Shown: positions 50,812 to 61,135, numbered from the stretch's first letter. The stretch: 64,000 nt of DNA from an uncultured Candidatus Marinamargulisbacteria bacterium (GCA_964521915.1 CAZFTP010000001.1:67611-131610), one strand, 5' to 3'. Notes: a model not told the origin generated them from the sequence alone. A program made the numbers and translations.

Positions 50812-52518
50812 TTAGGAAACTCTTTTTATAATAAGTAAAGAAATATCATCTCGCATTTCATGAATAGCTATTTTTTGTATTTTTTCTTTAATTGTTGCTA
50901 TTATTTTTTCTGCCGGCAATTCCGGATCTTGAATAAAATCCGCTAATAACAAATGATCTGAAATTATATCCCCATTTTTATCTTTTTGATCAAATAAACC
51001 ATCTGTATATAGTAAAAGAAAATCGCCAATATTAAGAAAAACTTCTTTTTCTTCTACATCAATATTATCAAAAACACCTAAAATAACCCCAGTTTGTTTT
51101 GGTAAAAAATCCATTTTCCTTTCTTGACTGTTATAATAGATAGGGGCTTCATGACCTGCTCTAACAAATGAAAATAAATGTTTTTTAGTATCTAATAAAC
51201 CATAAATTGCAGTTAAATACATTAAACTTTCATGGTTAGAATTTGAATTAAAAATATTGAGAACTTTATTAAATTCTTTAATTACATTTTGTGGCAAAAC
51301 TTTATTTAAAATAGAAAGCCATAATAAAGTTTTAGACATCATCATATATAAAGCGGCAGAAATACCTTTACCGGAAACATCTCCGATAACAACACCTAAA
51401 TTATCTTGAATTTTAATAAAATCATAGAAATCTCCACCTATTTTTTTAGCTGGTAAATTAAAGGCCGCTATTTGATAGCCTAAAATATGCGGAATATTTT
51501 TAGGTAAAAAATCTTGCTGAATTTTATTGCCAATATCATAGTCTCTATTCATTAATTCTAATTGCGCATTTTTTATCTTAATATTTAAAGAAAAAATAAT
51601 TAAGAGAATTAAACTACTACATATAATAATAAGTATTCCTAAAAAAGTAATTTTCAAGAAAGTGGGAAAAATTAAATTGTTAATAATCTCTTTAGGTGTA
51701 GATACTAAAATAATCCACTTTAGGTTAAAAGTTTTTATAGTATCGTAAGAAGCAATGTATTCAATATTTTGTTTTTTATATTTAACACTACCTTTTTTAT
51801 TCTTTTGTATTTCACTATAACGAATATTAGGAATTAATTCAGAAAAATCCTTTTTAAAAGTAATCTCTTTATTAGTAAAAATAATTTTACCTTTATTATC
51901 TATAACATAAAATGATTGAAGAGAATTGAACCCTAATATTGAGGTTAACCTGTCAAAAATATATTTTAAACTAATATCAACTGCTAATACACCATTAAAA
52001 ACATTATTATTAGTTGTAAGCGGGACACCAAGTATAATTGAAGGAATTTGATATTTTAAATCTGTATATTGTTCACCACCGGCAATTACACAATCTGTAA
52101 TATAAGGCTTAAGATTCTTACAACTTTGAAAATATTCTCTGTAAGCATAATTTTTATTTAATGATTCTTTTTGATAATTTGGATAAATATATTTGAGAAA
52201 GCCTAATGTATCTTCGATATAAATTCCAGTAATCTTATTTTTCTGAAGATTATAAAGTGGTAAAATTTTTTGCTGAAATTCAGAATCATTCTCAGGAATT
52301 TTCTTGAAGCTCTTAGATAAAAACAATAATTGAAATTCTAAATCATCAAAAAAATCTTGTAGATTAAAACTTAATTCTTGCAATAATTGCTGTTCTTGAT
52401 TAAAAAGCTCATCTTCAATATTAATTTTAGTAGTATGATAAGCAGTAAAACTAAAATAAGAAAAAAAAGCTAGTAATAAAGCAATGCAAAAAGTAGAAAA
52501 AAGAATATATTTATTCAT
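50812..52518 (-). CDS. membrane sensor with C-terminal SpoIIE/PP2C-type phosphatase domain (RsbU-like)
   Basis: N-terminal TM helix, extracytoplasmic sensor-like region, second TM helix, PPM domain (GDVSGKGISAALYM...YTDGL...MRDDISLLII). Confidence 0.75.
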   Translation of the reverse strand: MNKYILFSTFCIALLLAFFSYFSFTAYHTTKINIEDELFNQEQQLLQELSFNLQDFFDDLEFQLLFLSKSFKKIPENDSEFQQKILPLYNLQKNKITGIYIEDTLGFLKYIYPNYQKESLNKNYAYREYFQSCKNLKPYITDCVIAGGEQYTDLKYQIPSIILGVPLTTNNNVFNGVLAVDISLKYIFDRLTSILGFNSLQSFYVIDNKGKIIFTNKEITFKKDFSELIPNIRYSEIQKNKKGSVKYKKQNIEYIASYDTIKTFNLKWIILVSTPKEIINNLIFPTFLKITFLGILIIICSSLILLIIFSLNIKIKNAQLELMNRDYDIGNKIQQDFLPKNIPHILGYQIAAFNLPAKKIGGDFYDFIKIQDNLGVVIGDVSGKGISAALYMMMSKTLLWLSILNKVLPQNVIKEFNKVLNIFNSNSNHESLMYLTAIYGLLDTKKHLFSFVRAGHEAPIYYNSQERKMDFLPKQTGVILGVFDNIDVEEKEVFLNIGDFLLLYTDGLFDQKDKNGDIISDHLLLADFIQDPELPAEKIIATIKEKIQKIAIHEMRDDISLLIIKRVS

Positions 52519-52612
52519 AATTTAATATATAAATTATATTAAACTTTTTTTAATAAAGATACTAGATTTTTTTTCGATCCTTTGATCCCTTGAACTTACT
52601 GTACCCTGTGGT

Positions 52613-52885
52613 CTACTTTGTAGCTTTTAAACTACTATTTAAAGCTTTCATTAAACGAGCTTTTTGTCTTGCGGCTGTTTTTTTCTTTAATACCCCTTTA
52701 GCAGCGGTTTTATCGATAACTTGTAAAGCTTTTCTTACAATTTCTTCTTTATTTTCAACTTTTGCTTCTATTGCTTTTACTGCTTTTTTAACAAACGTTT
52801 TCAATCTATTTTTATAATAAAGATTCTTTTCTCTATTTCTTTCTGCTATTAGAATACCTTTTTTAGAACTTTTTAAATTTGCCAT
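52613..52885 (-). CDS. rpsT: 30S ribosomal protein S20
   Basis: MANLKSSKKGILIAERNREKNL...; 90 aa. Confidence 0.9.
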   Translation of the reverse strand: MANLKSSKKGILIAERNREKNLYYKNRLKTFVKKAVKAIEAKVENKEEIVRKALQVIDKTAAKGVLKKKTAARQKARLMKALNSSLKATK

Positions 52886-52983
52886 TTTTTATAAACCTCA
52901 AAAATAATAAATTTGACAGTTAAACCTAAATTTAGCTATCATAAGAAAAACATTAACAAATAGTATCATGAAATGGTAAAAAA

Positions 52984-54003
52984 ATGTCAATACTAGATTG
53001 GTTCAATAATAATCAAAAAGAAAAAATTACTAGCCAAAAATTAGATCTACCTACGGATCTTTGGGTAAAATGCTATAACTGTAATGAGATATTATATTTA
53101 AAAGAATTGATGTCAAACTATAAAGTTTGCACCAAATGTAATTATCATTTTCGTTTAAATATTTCAGAGCGTATTTCTTTTACCTTTGATGAAAATTCTT
53201 TTGAAGAAACTAACAAAGATCTAAAACCAACTGATTTTCTCGAATTTTCTGATACCGTCAGTTATCAAAACAGAATAAAAAACGCTCAGATGAAAACCAA
53301 ACAAAATGATGCTGTTATTACTGGTATCGGCAAAATTAATGGAGTCCCCGTTAATGCTGGTATTATGAATTTTGAATTTATGGGCGGTAGTATGGGTTCT
53401 GTGGTTGGCGAAAAATTAACCAGATTATTTGAATCTGCTATAGAAAACAAATTACCTGTAGTTGTAATAACCTCTTCCGGTGGTGCCAGAATGCAAGAAG
53501 GTATTATTTCTCTAATGCAAATGGCAAAAACAAGTGCGGCTCTAGCAAAATTAGATACTGAAAAAATACCTTATATTGTAATTTTAACTGACCCCACTAC
53601 AGGTGGTACCAGTGCTAGTTTTGCCATGTTAGGAGATATTATTTTAGCAGAACCGGACGCGCTTATTTCCTTTGCCGGACCCAGAGTTATTGAACAAACT
53701 ATCAGACAAAAACTACCAAAAGGGTTTCAAAAATCAGAATTTTTGGTTAGTCACGGTTTTGTTGATAGTGTTGTAGAAAGAAAAAATTTAAAAAATATAC
53801 TTTCAAAATTGATAATGATTTTGAGTACAAAAAAAAATTCTGAACCACAGATTAAAGAAACAGATACAAACCCACAAAAAGTAAAGGATGCCAGTAGTTC
53901 GTCCGTACTTGGACTCAAAGAAAAAAATGGAATTATTAAAAGCAAAACCAGAGTTAAAAGGGACAAAGTACCCCTAGAAAAAAAGGGGAATAAAAACAAA
54001 TGA
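52984..54003 (+). CDS. accD: acetyl-CoA carboxylase carboxyltransferase beta subunit
   Basis: N-terminal C4 zinc finger (CYNCN...CTKCNYH) and carboxyltransferase domain. Confidence 0.9.
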   Translation: MSILDWFNNNQKEKITSQKLDLPTDLWVKCYNCNEILYLKELMSNYKVCTKCNYHFRLNISERISFTFDENSFEETNKDLKPTDFLEFSDTVSYQNRIKNAQMKTKQNDAVITGIGKINGVPVNAGIMNFEFMGGSMGSVVGEKLTRLFESAIENKLPVVVITSSGGARMQEGIISLMQMAKTSAALAKLDTEKIPYIVILTDPTTGGTSASFAMLGDIILAEPDALISFAGPRVIEQTIRQKLPKGFQKSEFLVSHGFVDSVVERKNLKNILSKLIMILSTKKNSEPQIKETDTNPQKVKDASSSSVLGLKEKNGIIKSKTRVKRDKVPLEKKGNKNK

Positions 54004-54950
54004 AAATTCTAGATTTTGAAAAACCTATTCATGAACTATACGATAAAATCAATGAATTAAAAAAGCTTTCCGGAGAAGGTCAAATAGATATTGTAGAAGA
54101 AATCAGTAAAATTGAAAAACGTGCTGAATTCATGGAACAACAAATTTATCAAAATCTTACAGCAAATCAAATTGTACAAATTGCTAGACATCCTAGTCGT
54201 TTAGATAGTTTGAATTTAATCAACTTAATTTGTGAAGACTTTTTTGAAATTCATGGTGACAGATTATTTCGAGATGATCCTTCAATAATTGGTGGTTTAG
54301 GTACAATTCAAAATCATAAAGTAGTATTTATTGGACAAGTTAAAGGTCATGATACCAAGGAAAATTTATACCGCAATTTTGGCATGCCAAACCCAGAAGG
54401 CTATCGTAAAGCCTTGCGATTAATGAAATTAGCCGAAAAATTCAATCTGCCAATTATTACTTTTGTAGATACACCCGGCGCCTACCCTGGTCTAGAAGCA
54501 GAAGAAAGAGGACAAGCCGAAGCCATTGCTAAAAATCTTAAAGAAATGACGAATATAAAAGTACCAATTCTATCCGTAGTAATAGGCGAAGGTGGTTCTG
54601 GCGGTGCTTTAGGTTTGGCTGTTGCTAATAAAGTTTATATCTTAAAATATGCTATTTATTCTGTTATCACCCCTGAAGGTTGTGCTTCTATTCTTTTTAG
54701 AGATGCCAGTAAATCAGCTTTAGCGGCAGAAAAATTAAAACTAACTGCAAAGGATTTATTAAAACTTAAAATTGCCGATGAAATCATTGATGAACCATTA
54801 AAAGGCGCACACTATAATTGGAATGAAACTGCAAATAATATTAAAAAAGCTTTAGTTAAAGATTTAACTATATTTTCCAAAATTTCAGAAAAACAAATTT
54901 TAGATCAAAGATATAAAAAATTTCGTTCTTACGGTAAATTTGAAGAATAA
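54000..54950 (+). CDS. accA: acetyl-CoA carboxylase carboxyltransferase alpha subunit
   Basis: 316 aa; FVDTPGAYPG and GEGGSGGALG motifs. Confidence 0.9.
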   Translation: MKILDFEKPIHELYDKINELKKLSGEGQIDIVEEISKIEKRAEFMEQQIYQNLTANQIVQIARHPSRLDSLNLINLICEDFFEIHGDRLFRDDPSIIGGLGTIQNHKVVFIGQVKGHDTKENLYRNFGMPNPEGYRKALRLMKLAEKFNLPIITFVDTPGAYPGLEAEERGQAEAIAKNLKEMTNIKVPILSVVIGEGGSGGALGLAVANKVYILKYAIYSVITPEGCASILFRDASKSALAAEKLKLTAKDLLKLKIADEIIDEPLKGAHYNWNETANNIKKALVKDLTIFSKISEKQILDQRYKKFRSYGKFEE

Positions 54951-55059
54951 AAGCTTGACTTACTAATTTCACTAATTAAAAACTTTATACTCTAGTCTCT
55001 GATTGACTTCTATGCTTAATTGTTCGTACAATATATAATAGAATAGAATAACTATATAA

Positions 55060-55116
55060 GAAGTCTGTCGCGAAATGAGAAATTTTTTCAAAATAGCCAT
55101 TTTGCAACAGATTCAT
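55060..55116. repeat. MITE-like copy upstream of fliK
   Basis: agtctgtcgcgaaatgagaaattttttcaaaatagccattttgcaacagattc. Confidence 0.7.
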
Positions 55117-55127
55117 AAGGATAAATT

Positions 55128-56414
55128 ATGATCGATACTATCGGTAATAGCATGGCTGATATTAGAAGTGTGCCTGTAATTTGGCCTACTTCTAAAGAAA
55201 AAGTTAAAGAGACTAAACAAACAGAAGAAAGCCAACAATCTTCCAGACAAGTTTCTACTAAATCGCCTACCAGTAGTCCGGCTACTGAATCAGCTACTGC
55301 CAGCCAAACAGCTCAAGCCGCTCAAAAAGCACAAACTGCCCCGCCGCCGCCTGCTACCAGAAATATGTCAATGGCAGATGTCGTTGATTATTTATTTCAA
55401 GCAAAAATTGCTAATACAGAAGAAAACAAATTACTAGCCAGCTTTATGATGCAACACGGAATTGAACTTTCAGAAGCAAATTTTAATTCCCTTTTTAAAC
55501 TTACTAAAGGTGAAAAAAATGCTAATATGCTCGAATCTGCTGTAATAAACTTAGGTAAAGGTCTTAATGATGCGCCTAAAGGAGCAGATATTCTTAGCAA
55601 TTTTTTACAAGAAAACCCGCAATTACAACAACAAATGGTTACTGCCAGTCAAAACATTGCTAATTTACAATCTGCTTTAAACTCAACCCAACAATTAATG
55701 AATCCTGGTTTAATGTCAGGCTTACTTTCTTTGTTAAGTGAAATGGATAACAATTTTAAAAAATTATTGAAATCAGCTCAAGAAGGAAAAACCGCTATTA
55801 ATGAAATTAATCGCGGTGAAATGATTAAAAACATCAAATCTTTCTCACAATTATTACAAGGTTTAGAACAAAAATTAGCTGAAACTAATCAATTAGACAG
55901 CCCAGAAGCCAAAGCGTTACAAGAAAAAATCATGCTCCTCAAAAAAAGTTTAAACGAAGTTCAAGAAAATTTAATTTCACAGACCATTATATCAAAAGAC
56001 TCTAATAGATCAATTTCTTCAATAAATGATAGATTTGCTTATTGGCAATTACCAAACCCTTTTGACAAAAACAATCAAATTGAAATTGCTATCAGAAAAG
56101 ACCCCCATAAAAACAAAGGAGAAATTGACTCTTCAAAAACCAGAATTGTATTAAAAGTAAATACTCCGGAAATCGGGGAAATAAGTATTATTATTGATAT
56201 TTTAGATAAAAAAATCTGGTATATTTTTAATACAGAATCTGAAGAAACAAATCATTTTATAAAAAAAATGCACGCTGATTTAATAAAACAAATGGAAGCT
56301 TTAAATTATCACGTTGCCGGTTTCCAAGCAATAAAAAAGAAAATTGATTTTAAAAAATTTATTTTACCAACTGTAAATTTAGATAATATGATAAGGATAA
56401 GTACAGAAGTATGA
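55128..56414 (+). CDS. fliK: flagellar hook-length control protein FliK-like
   Basis: Low-complexity Q/S/T/A-rich N-terminus; C-terminal Flg_hook-like segment (EIAIRKDPHKNKGEIDSSKTRIVLKVNTPEIGEISIIID); synteny with flhB-C-like gene. Confidence 0.55.
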   Translation: MIDTIGNSMADIRSVPVIWPTSKEKVKETKQTEESQQSSRQVSTKSPTSSPATESATASQTAQAAQKAQTAPPPPATRNMSMADVVDYLFQAKIANTEENKLLASFMMQHGIELSEANFNSLFKLTKGEKNANMLESAVINLGKGLNDAPKGADILSNFLQENPQLQQQMVTASQNIANLQSALNSTQQLMNPGLMSGLLSLLSEMDNNFKKLLKSAQEGKTAINEINRGEMIKNIKSFSQLLQGLEQKLAETNQLDSPEAKALQEKIMLLKKSLNEVQENLISQTIISKDSNRSISSINDRFAYWQLPNPFDKNNQIEIAIRKDPHKNKGEIDSSKTRIVLKVNTPEIGEISIIIDILDKKIWYIFNTESEETNHFIKKMHADLIKQMEALNYHVAGFQAIKKKIDFKKFILPTVNLDNMIRISTEV

Positions 56415-56770
56415 GTGAACCAAGCACAAAGCCTAAAAAAGTAAAAAAACATTTAGACGAATTAGATATTAAAGATCCGAAAAAATTAATGGCTGTTGCA
56501 GTAAAATACGATGTTAATACTGACAAAGCTCCTAAAATTATTGCTAGCGGAAAATCTACTTTTGCAGAAGAAATACTTAAACTGGCAGAGGAAAATAATA
56601 TTCCGCTTTATGAAGATCCTACCTTAGCTAACTTATTGGCAAAATTAGATGTTGATTCCGAAATACCGCCGGAATTATATACTTTAGTGGCTGAAGTCTT
56701 AGCGTTTGTTTATCAGCTAGATAAAATGATCAAGAAAAAAGAATCATTAAGAAAAAAACTAATAAAATGA
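56411..56770 (+). CDS. FlhB C-terminal-domain protein (FlhX/YlqH-like)
   Basis: AVAVKYD...APKIIASG...LAEENNIPLYEDPTLANLL...IPPELYTLVAEVLAFVY matches the FlhB C-terminal domain. Confidence 0.75.
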   Translation: MSEPSTKPKKVKKHLDELDIKDPKKLMAVAVKYDVNTDKAPKIIASGKSTFAEEILKLAEENNIPLYEDPTLANLLAKLDVDSEIPPELYTLVAEVLAFVYQLDKMIKKKESLRKKLIK

Positions 56771-57555
56771 GAAAATTATTTTTTTTATTCATAATAGTAA
56801 GCTTAATTTCCGAAAACCTATTTGCAACACAATTAAATAACCGGAATACTTATATTTCTGACCCTGCTTTATATTATTCTGTTAATGGAATGAATATGTA
56901 TCAAAAAAATTTTGAGGCTTTAATGCAAAATTCGGTTAATAGTAATACACCAGGTTATAAAGAAATCAATGTTTCTAATATTGCTAAAGGAAAATCTTTT
57001 GGTAATGTTGTTTATTACAAATTTTATCAAGGTACCGCAATACAAAGCGGCGGCAGTTTAGATTTCTTAATTCAAGGTCCAGCTTTTTTTGTTTTATCTT
57101 GTCCATGGGGTTTAGGATATACCAGAGATGGTCGGTTTACGATTGATGCTAACGGAAAACTAGTAACTTATGGAACTAACTTACCTGTATTAGGTGAACA
57201 AGGTGAAATTTTTATTGGAAAAGGAAAAATTAAAATCAATGAAAAAGGCGGTATTTATGTTGATAATACTTTAATGGATTCTTTTCTTTTAATCGACTTT
57301 AAAGATGTTTCCCAATTAAAATCTATTAATGGCAGTGTTTTTTATTTGAATGACCCTAATTTAGCTCCCAAAATCACAGAAATCGATACCCTTTCCAGTT
57401 TAAAACAAGGTTATTACGAGGCAAGTAATGTCAGTATTACTAACCAAGTAAGTCAATTACCGATTGTAAAAAACATCTATGATGCTAACAGTAAAACTGT
57501 TAAAATTATATTAAAAAGCATGAGTTCCGGAATACAAATGGGCTCTGCACAATAA
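56767..57555 (+). CDS. flgF: flagellar basal-body rod protein FlgF-like (with N-terminal hydrophobic extension; start uncertain)
   Basis: NGMNMYQKNF...NSNTPGYK rod N-domain; C-terminal EASNVSITNQ. Confidence 0.7.
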   Translation: MRKLFFLFIIVSLISENLFATQLNNRNTYISDPALYYSVNGMNMYQKNFEALMQNSVNSNTPGYKEINVSNIAKGKSFGNVVYYKFYQGTAIQSGGSLDFLIQGPAFFVLSCPWGLGYTRDGRFTIDANGKLVTYGTNLPVLGEQGEIFIGKGKIKINEKGGIYVDNTLMDSFLLIDFKDVSQLKSINGSVFYLNDPNLAPKITEIDTLSSLKQGYYEASNVSITNQVSQLPIVKNIYDANSKTVKIILKSMSSGIQMGSAQ

Positions 57556-57568
57556 AAAGGAGAAAAAA

Positions 57569-58369
57569 ATGACTTTACAACAATTTTATATTGGTGCTAC
57601 CGGAATGGAATCATTCCAAACAGATTTAATGAATATTACAAACAATGTTTCTAACGCACAAACAGTTGGTTTTAAAAGCTCAAGAGTTGAATACGAAAAC
57701 TTATTCCCGCAAATTTTAGATCAAGTTGAAAACCAAGTTCAAGCTTATTATGATGAAAAATATAACAATGGTAATAATGCTAACCAAGAAATTGGCTCTG
57801 GGGTAAAAATATCTGGTGTTACCAAAGATTTTAAACAAGGCTCCATTCAAGTTACTGGTAAACAATTAGATTTAGCGATTGAAGGAGACGGTTTTTTTCA
57901 ATTTAGATTAATTGATGGTACAACAGTCTATTCTCGAGCAGGTAATTTACGAAAAAATACTGAAGGTTATTTAACAGACCCTAACGGACATTTATTAGAT
58001 CCAGCTATTAATATTCCTAATAACGTAACAAATCTTACTATTGATGCAGAAGGTAAAGTTTATAACAGCTCTGATAAAACCGAATTAGGTCAAATAACGC
58101 TTGCTACTTTTTCCAATCCATCAGAATTAAAAGCAATTGGTCAAAACCTCTTTTTGAAAACTGTTGGATCCGGTGAAGCTATAGTTAGTATACCAAGCCA
58201 TGATAATGTAGGCGCTATTGCACAAGGATCTTTAGAATTTTCTAATGTTGATGTAGTAAGCGAAATGATGCGTATGGTAATTACCCAAAGAGCATTTGAA
58301 GTAGTTAGTAAAATGGTTCAATCCGGCGAATCAATGCTTAGATCTGCCACTGATATTGCTAGAAGTTAA
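57569..58369 (+). CDS. flgG: flagellar distal rod protein FlgG
   Basis: GATGMESFQTDLMNITNNVSNAQTVGFK and LEFSNVDVVSEMMRMVITQRAFE motifs. Confidence 0.9.
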   Translation: MTLQQFYIGATGMESFQTDLMNITNNVSNAQTVGFKSSRVEYENLFPQILDQVENQVQAYYDEKYNNGNNANQEIGSGVKISGVTKDFKQGSIQVTGKQLDLAIEGDGFFQFRLIDGTTVYSRAGNLRKNTEGYLTDPNGHLLDPAINIPNNVTNLTIDAEGKVYNSSDKTELGQITLATFSNPSELKAIGQNLFLKTVGSGEAIVSIPSHDNVGAIAQGSLEFSNVDVVSEMMRMVITQRAFEVVSKMVQSGESMLRSATDIARS

Positions 58370-58494
58370 TGAATTTAAAAAATAACCCCTATATTTTTTA
58401 AATAATTATTATTAAACTATAAAATATCATAGAAAGAGCTCTTTTAAGAGACCTACTTATTTAGAAAAATTCCTCAATTCGCTCACCATTAATT

Positions 58495-58675
58495 TTACGA
58501 GGTATGCGCCTAATAGGGAAATAGTTATAGAATTTGGGGGGAAATACTTTAAGCATCTATGCCTAGTAAACCCCCGTTTCTGACCCGCCGTGCGTCTTTA
58601 CATGGGCAAACACGTAGGTTTGCCCGTACGTTTCTAGTTTCTGATCCCTCACTTTATTCCCCCCATCAAATAGCT
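58495..58675 (+). other. GC-rich structured element in the flgA leader (candidate cis-regulatory RNA or sRNA)
   Basis: Outer inverted repeat ttggggggaaata / tattcccccca; inner hairpin gggcaaac-acgtag-gtttgccc; repeated gtttctga; GC far above the flanking DNA. Confidence 0.4.
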
Positions 58676-58687
58676 TATAATTAATAA

Positions 58688-59434
58688 ATGTTATCTAATA
58701 AAAAAATGAAATCTTTTTTAAAAATTATTTTTTTTAGCCTAATTTTATTATTAACAACTCCTTTTTTTTGTTTTTGCTTAACTGCAAACGAAATAGTCAA
58801 TTACATTAATAATGAAATTACCAAAAAAATTATTATTGATTATCCAAATTACGAAAATCTCTCTGTAAGTACAAATATTAAAAATAACCACTTATTAAAA
58901 AAAATACCGGAAAAAACTAATTTTTGCAGTCTTAGTTTGAATAAAAAACCAATACCAATTGGAATTTCTATCATTAATGTGAATTTACTTGATAAAGAAA
59001 ATAAAATACTAGAAACAAAACCCTTAATTATTTATATTACGGCAAATGCAGATTTTGTTGTAACAACTAGATTAATTAATGCAAAAGAAATAATAAAAGA
59101 AGCTGATTTAGAAATAATTAATTTAGAAATAAACAATAAACCGCAAAATATCATTTTAAAAAAATCAGCTATCATTAATAAAGAAACAAAAGTAGGAATA
59201 CCAAAAGGATCTATTATTACGAATTCTATGATTCAAGAAGTGCCAATTATTAGAAAAGGTGAGAAAATTACTATGATTTATCTAAATAATAATATACAAT
59301 TAGTATTAAGGGCAACTGCGCTTGAAGATGGATGCTTAGGTTCTAAAATAAATGTTAAATTATCTGATTCTGCCCAAGTTTTTAAAGGAGAAATAATTGA
59401 AGCAAGAAAAGTTTTGGTTATTAGTAATAATTAG
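58688..59434 (+). CDS. flgA: flagellar basal-body P-ring formation chaperone FlgA
   Basis: Signal peptide; C-terminal SAF/FlgA domain (GEKITMIYLNN...ALEDGCLGSKINVK). Confidence 0.8.
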   Translation: MLSNKKMKSFLKIIFFSLILLLTTPFFCFCLTANEIVNYINNEITKKIIIDYPNYENLSVSTNIKNNHLLKKIPEKTNFCSLSLNKKPIPIGISIINVNLLDKENKILETKPLIIYITANADFVVTTRLINAKEIIKEADLEIINLEINNKPQNIILKKSAIINKETKVGIPKGSIITNSMIQEVPIIRKGEKITMIYLNNNIQLVLRATALEDGCLGSKINVKLSDSAQVFKGEIIEARKVLVISNN

Positions 59435-60020
59435 TTTATTTTTTTTAGCTGGTTTTTCTTCTTTTTTATCAGCGGATTCTCTTTGGAATAAAAAAAACGC
59501 ATCTCTTTTTAGCACCACAAAACCGCTACATATTGGAGATATTTTAACCATTATTATTTCAGAATCATCTACAGCAGTACAAGAAGCTGGCACTAAAACC
59601 AGCAAAGCATCAAATATTAATTCGAATTTATTTAGTAATTGGCAACAAGTAGCTCAAGTTTTAGGACAAAGTGAAATGATGCGGAAAAATCAAGACATAA
59701 AACTTGGCGGCGGAGATAGTTATTCTGGTACTGGGCAAACTTCCCGAAAACACAAAGTGGAAGCTATTATCACAGCTATTGTTAAAGAAATTTATGATAA
59801 TGGTACCGTATTAATTGCCGGCGAACATAATGTTAAGGTTAATGACGAAGTTGAAACAATCTGTATTTCCGGTATTATCAGAATTGAAGATGTTACTAGT
59901 GATAATACTATTTTTTCTTATCAAATGGCAAAAGCTGATATTTCCGTAAAAGGTCAGGGAGTAGTAGCATCTAAACAAACTCCAGGTATTTTAACTCAAT
60001 TATTTAACTGGTTATTTTAA
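59397..60020 (+). CDS. flgH: flagellar L-ring protein FlgH
   Basis: Signal peptide; SLWN...ASLF...KPLHIGDILTIIISE FlgH core. Confidence 0.85.
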   Translation: MKQEKFWLLVIISLFFLAGFSSFLSADSLWNKKNASLFSTTKPLHIGDILTIIISESSTAVQEAGTKTSKASNINSNLFSNWQQVAQVLGQSEMMRKNQDIKLGGGDSYSGTGQTSRKHKVEAIITAIVKEIYDNGTVLIAGEHNVKVNDEVETICISGIIRIEDVTSDNTIFSYQMAKADISVKGQGVVASKQTPGILTQLFNWLF

Positions 60021-61135
60021 TGCTAACTATAAAAAAAATGAAAAAAATAACTATTTTAACTTTAATTATCACTATCATTTTTAATTTCTTTTTTATGCTT
60101 AATAAAATTAATTCTTCAGCAACTGTAAGATTAAAAGATGTTTCTAAAATTGTTGAAGTAAGAGAAAACCAAATTTATGGTTTTGGTTTGGTTATGGGGT
60201 TACAGAATTCAGGAGATTCCAAAGCCATGCTTTTTACCAATAAAGCTTTAACTAATTTATTGAAAAAAATGGGAATCCCTCAAGATGGTAGAGAATATAC
60301 TTCCAGAAACATTGCCGCAGTTATGGTAACTGCTACTTTGCCCCCATTTATAAAAAAAGGACAAAAAATTGATGTTATTGTTTCTTCTATTGGTGATGCT
60401 AATAGTCTTGCTGGCGGTACTTTATTGCTGACTCCTTTAGAAGGTCCTGATAAAAAAATATACGCATTAGCACAAGGAGCTATTATTGTTGGCGGTTTAG
60501 CTGAAGCTTCTACTTATTCACGCATGATTAAAAACCAAGCAACCGTTGGTAGAATACAAGGCGGTGGGATTGTTGAAGAAGAAGTACCTGTAACTTTATC
60601 TGATAATAAAAATATCACTATTGCTCTAAATAAACCGAATTTTATTACAGCTTCTAGGGTAGAACAAGCATTAATAAAAGCTGGTTTTACTAATGCTATG
60701 GCTATTGATGCTTCTACTATTACAGTTCCTTTAGCGAATGCATCTTTAGTTAATACCATTGCCAAAATTGAATCAGTTAGTCTTACACCTGATGCTTCTA
60801 ATAAAGTGGTCATTAATGCTAAAACTGGAACTGTTGCTATTGGTGAAATGGTTAGACTTTCCCCGGTTGCTATAACTCATGGTAATATTTCAATTAAAAT
60901 TCTAGATGAAAAAGAATATAATGATTATTTTGGTTATTATGACCCGGTTAGAGAACGCAACCCTATTACCATCACAGAATCAAAAGCAAAATTTATTTAT
61001 TTAAAACCTGACGACAATTTATCTAGCTTAGTAAATGCATTAAACAAAGTTGGAACTACGCCAAGAGATATGATTTCTATTTTGCAAGCTTTAAAAGAAT
61101 CTGGTTCTTTAATTGGAGATATTGAAATAATATGA
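60020..61135 (+). CDS. flgI: flagellar P-ring protein FlgI
   Basis: 371 aa; signal peptide; RLKDVS...RENQIYGFGLVMGL...GD FlgI N-terminal signature. Confidence 0.9.
   Translation: MLTIKKMKKITILTLIITIIFNFFFMLNKINSSATVRLKDVSKIVEVRENQIYGFGLVMGLQNSGDSKAMLFTNKALTNLLKKMGIPQDGREYTSRNIAAVMVTATLPPFIKKGQKIDVIVSSIGDANSLAGGTLLLTPLEGPDKKIYALAQGAIIVGGLAEASTYSRMIKNQATVGRIQGGGIVEEEVPVTLSDNKNITIALNKPNFITASRVEQALIKAGFTNAMAIDASTITVPLANASLVNTIAKIESVSLTPDASNKVVINAKTGTVAIGEMVRLSPVAITHGNISIKILDEKEYNDYFGYYDPVRERNPITITESKAKFIYLKPDDNLSSLVNALNKVGTTPRDMISILQALKESGSLIGDIEII

Noticed and set aside
58560-58600. Sigma-28 (FliA) promoter TAAA-N15-GCCGATAA in the flgA leader
   Set aside because: Only a loose match (taaa-N15-cgccgtgc); the -10 element deviates at several positions, so it is not called.
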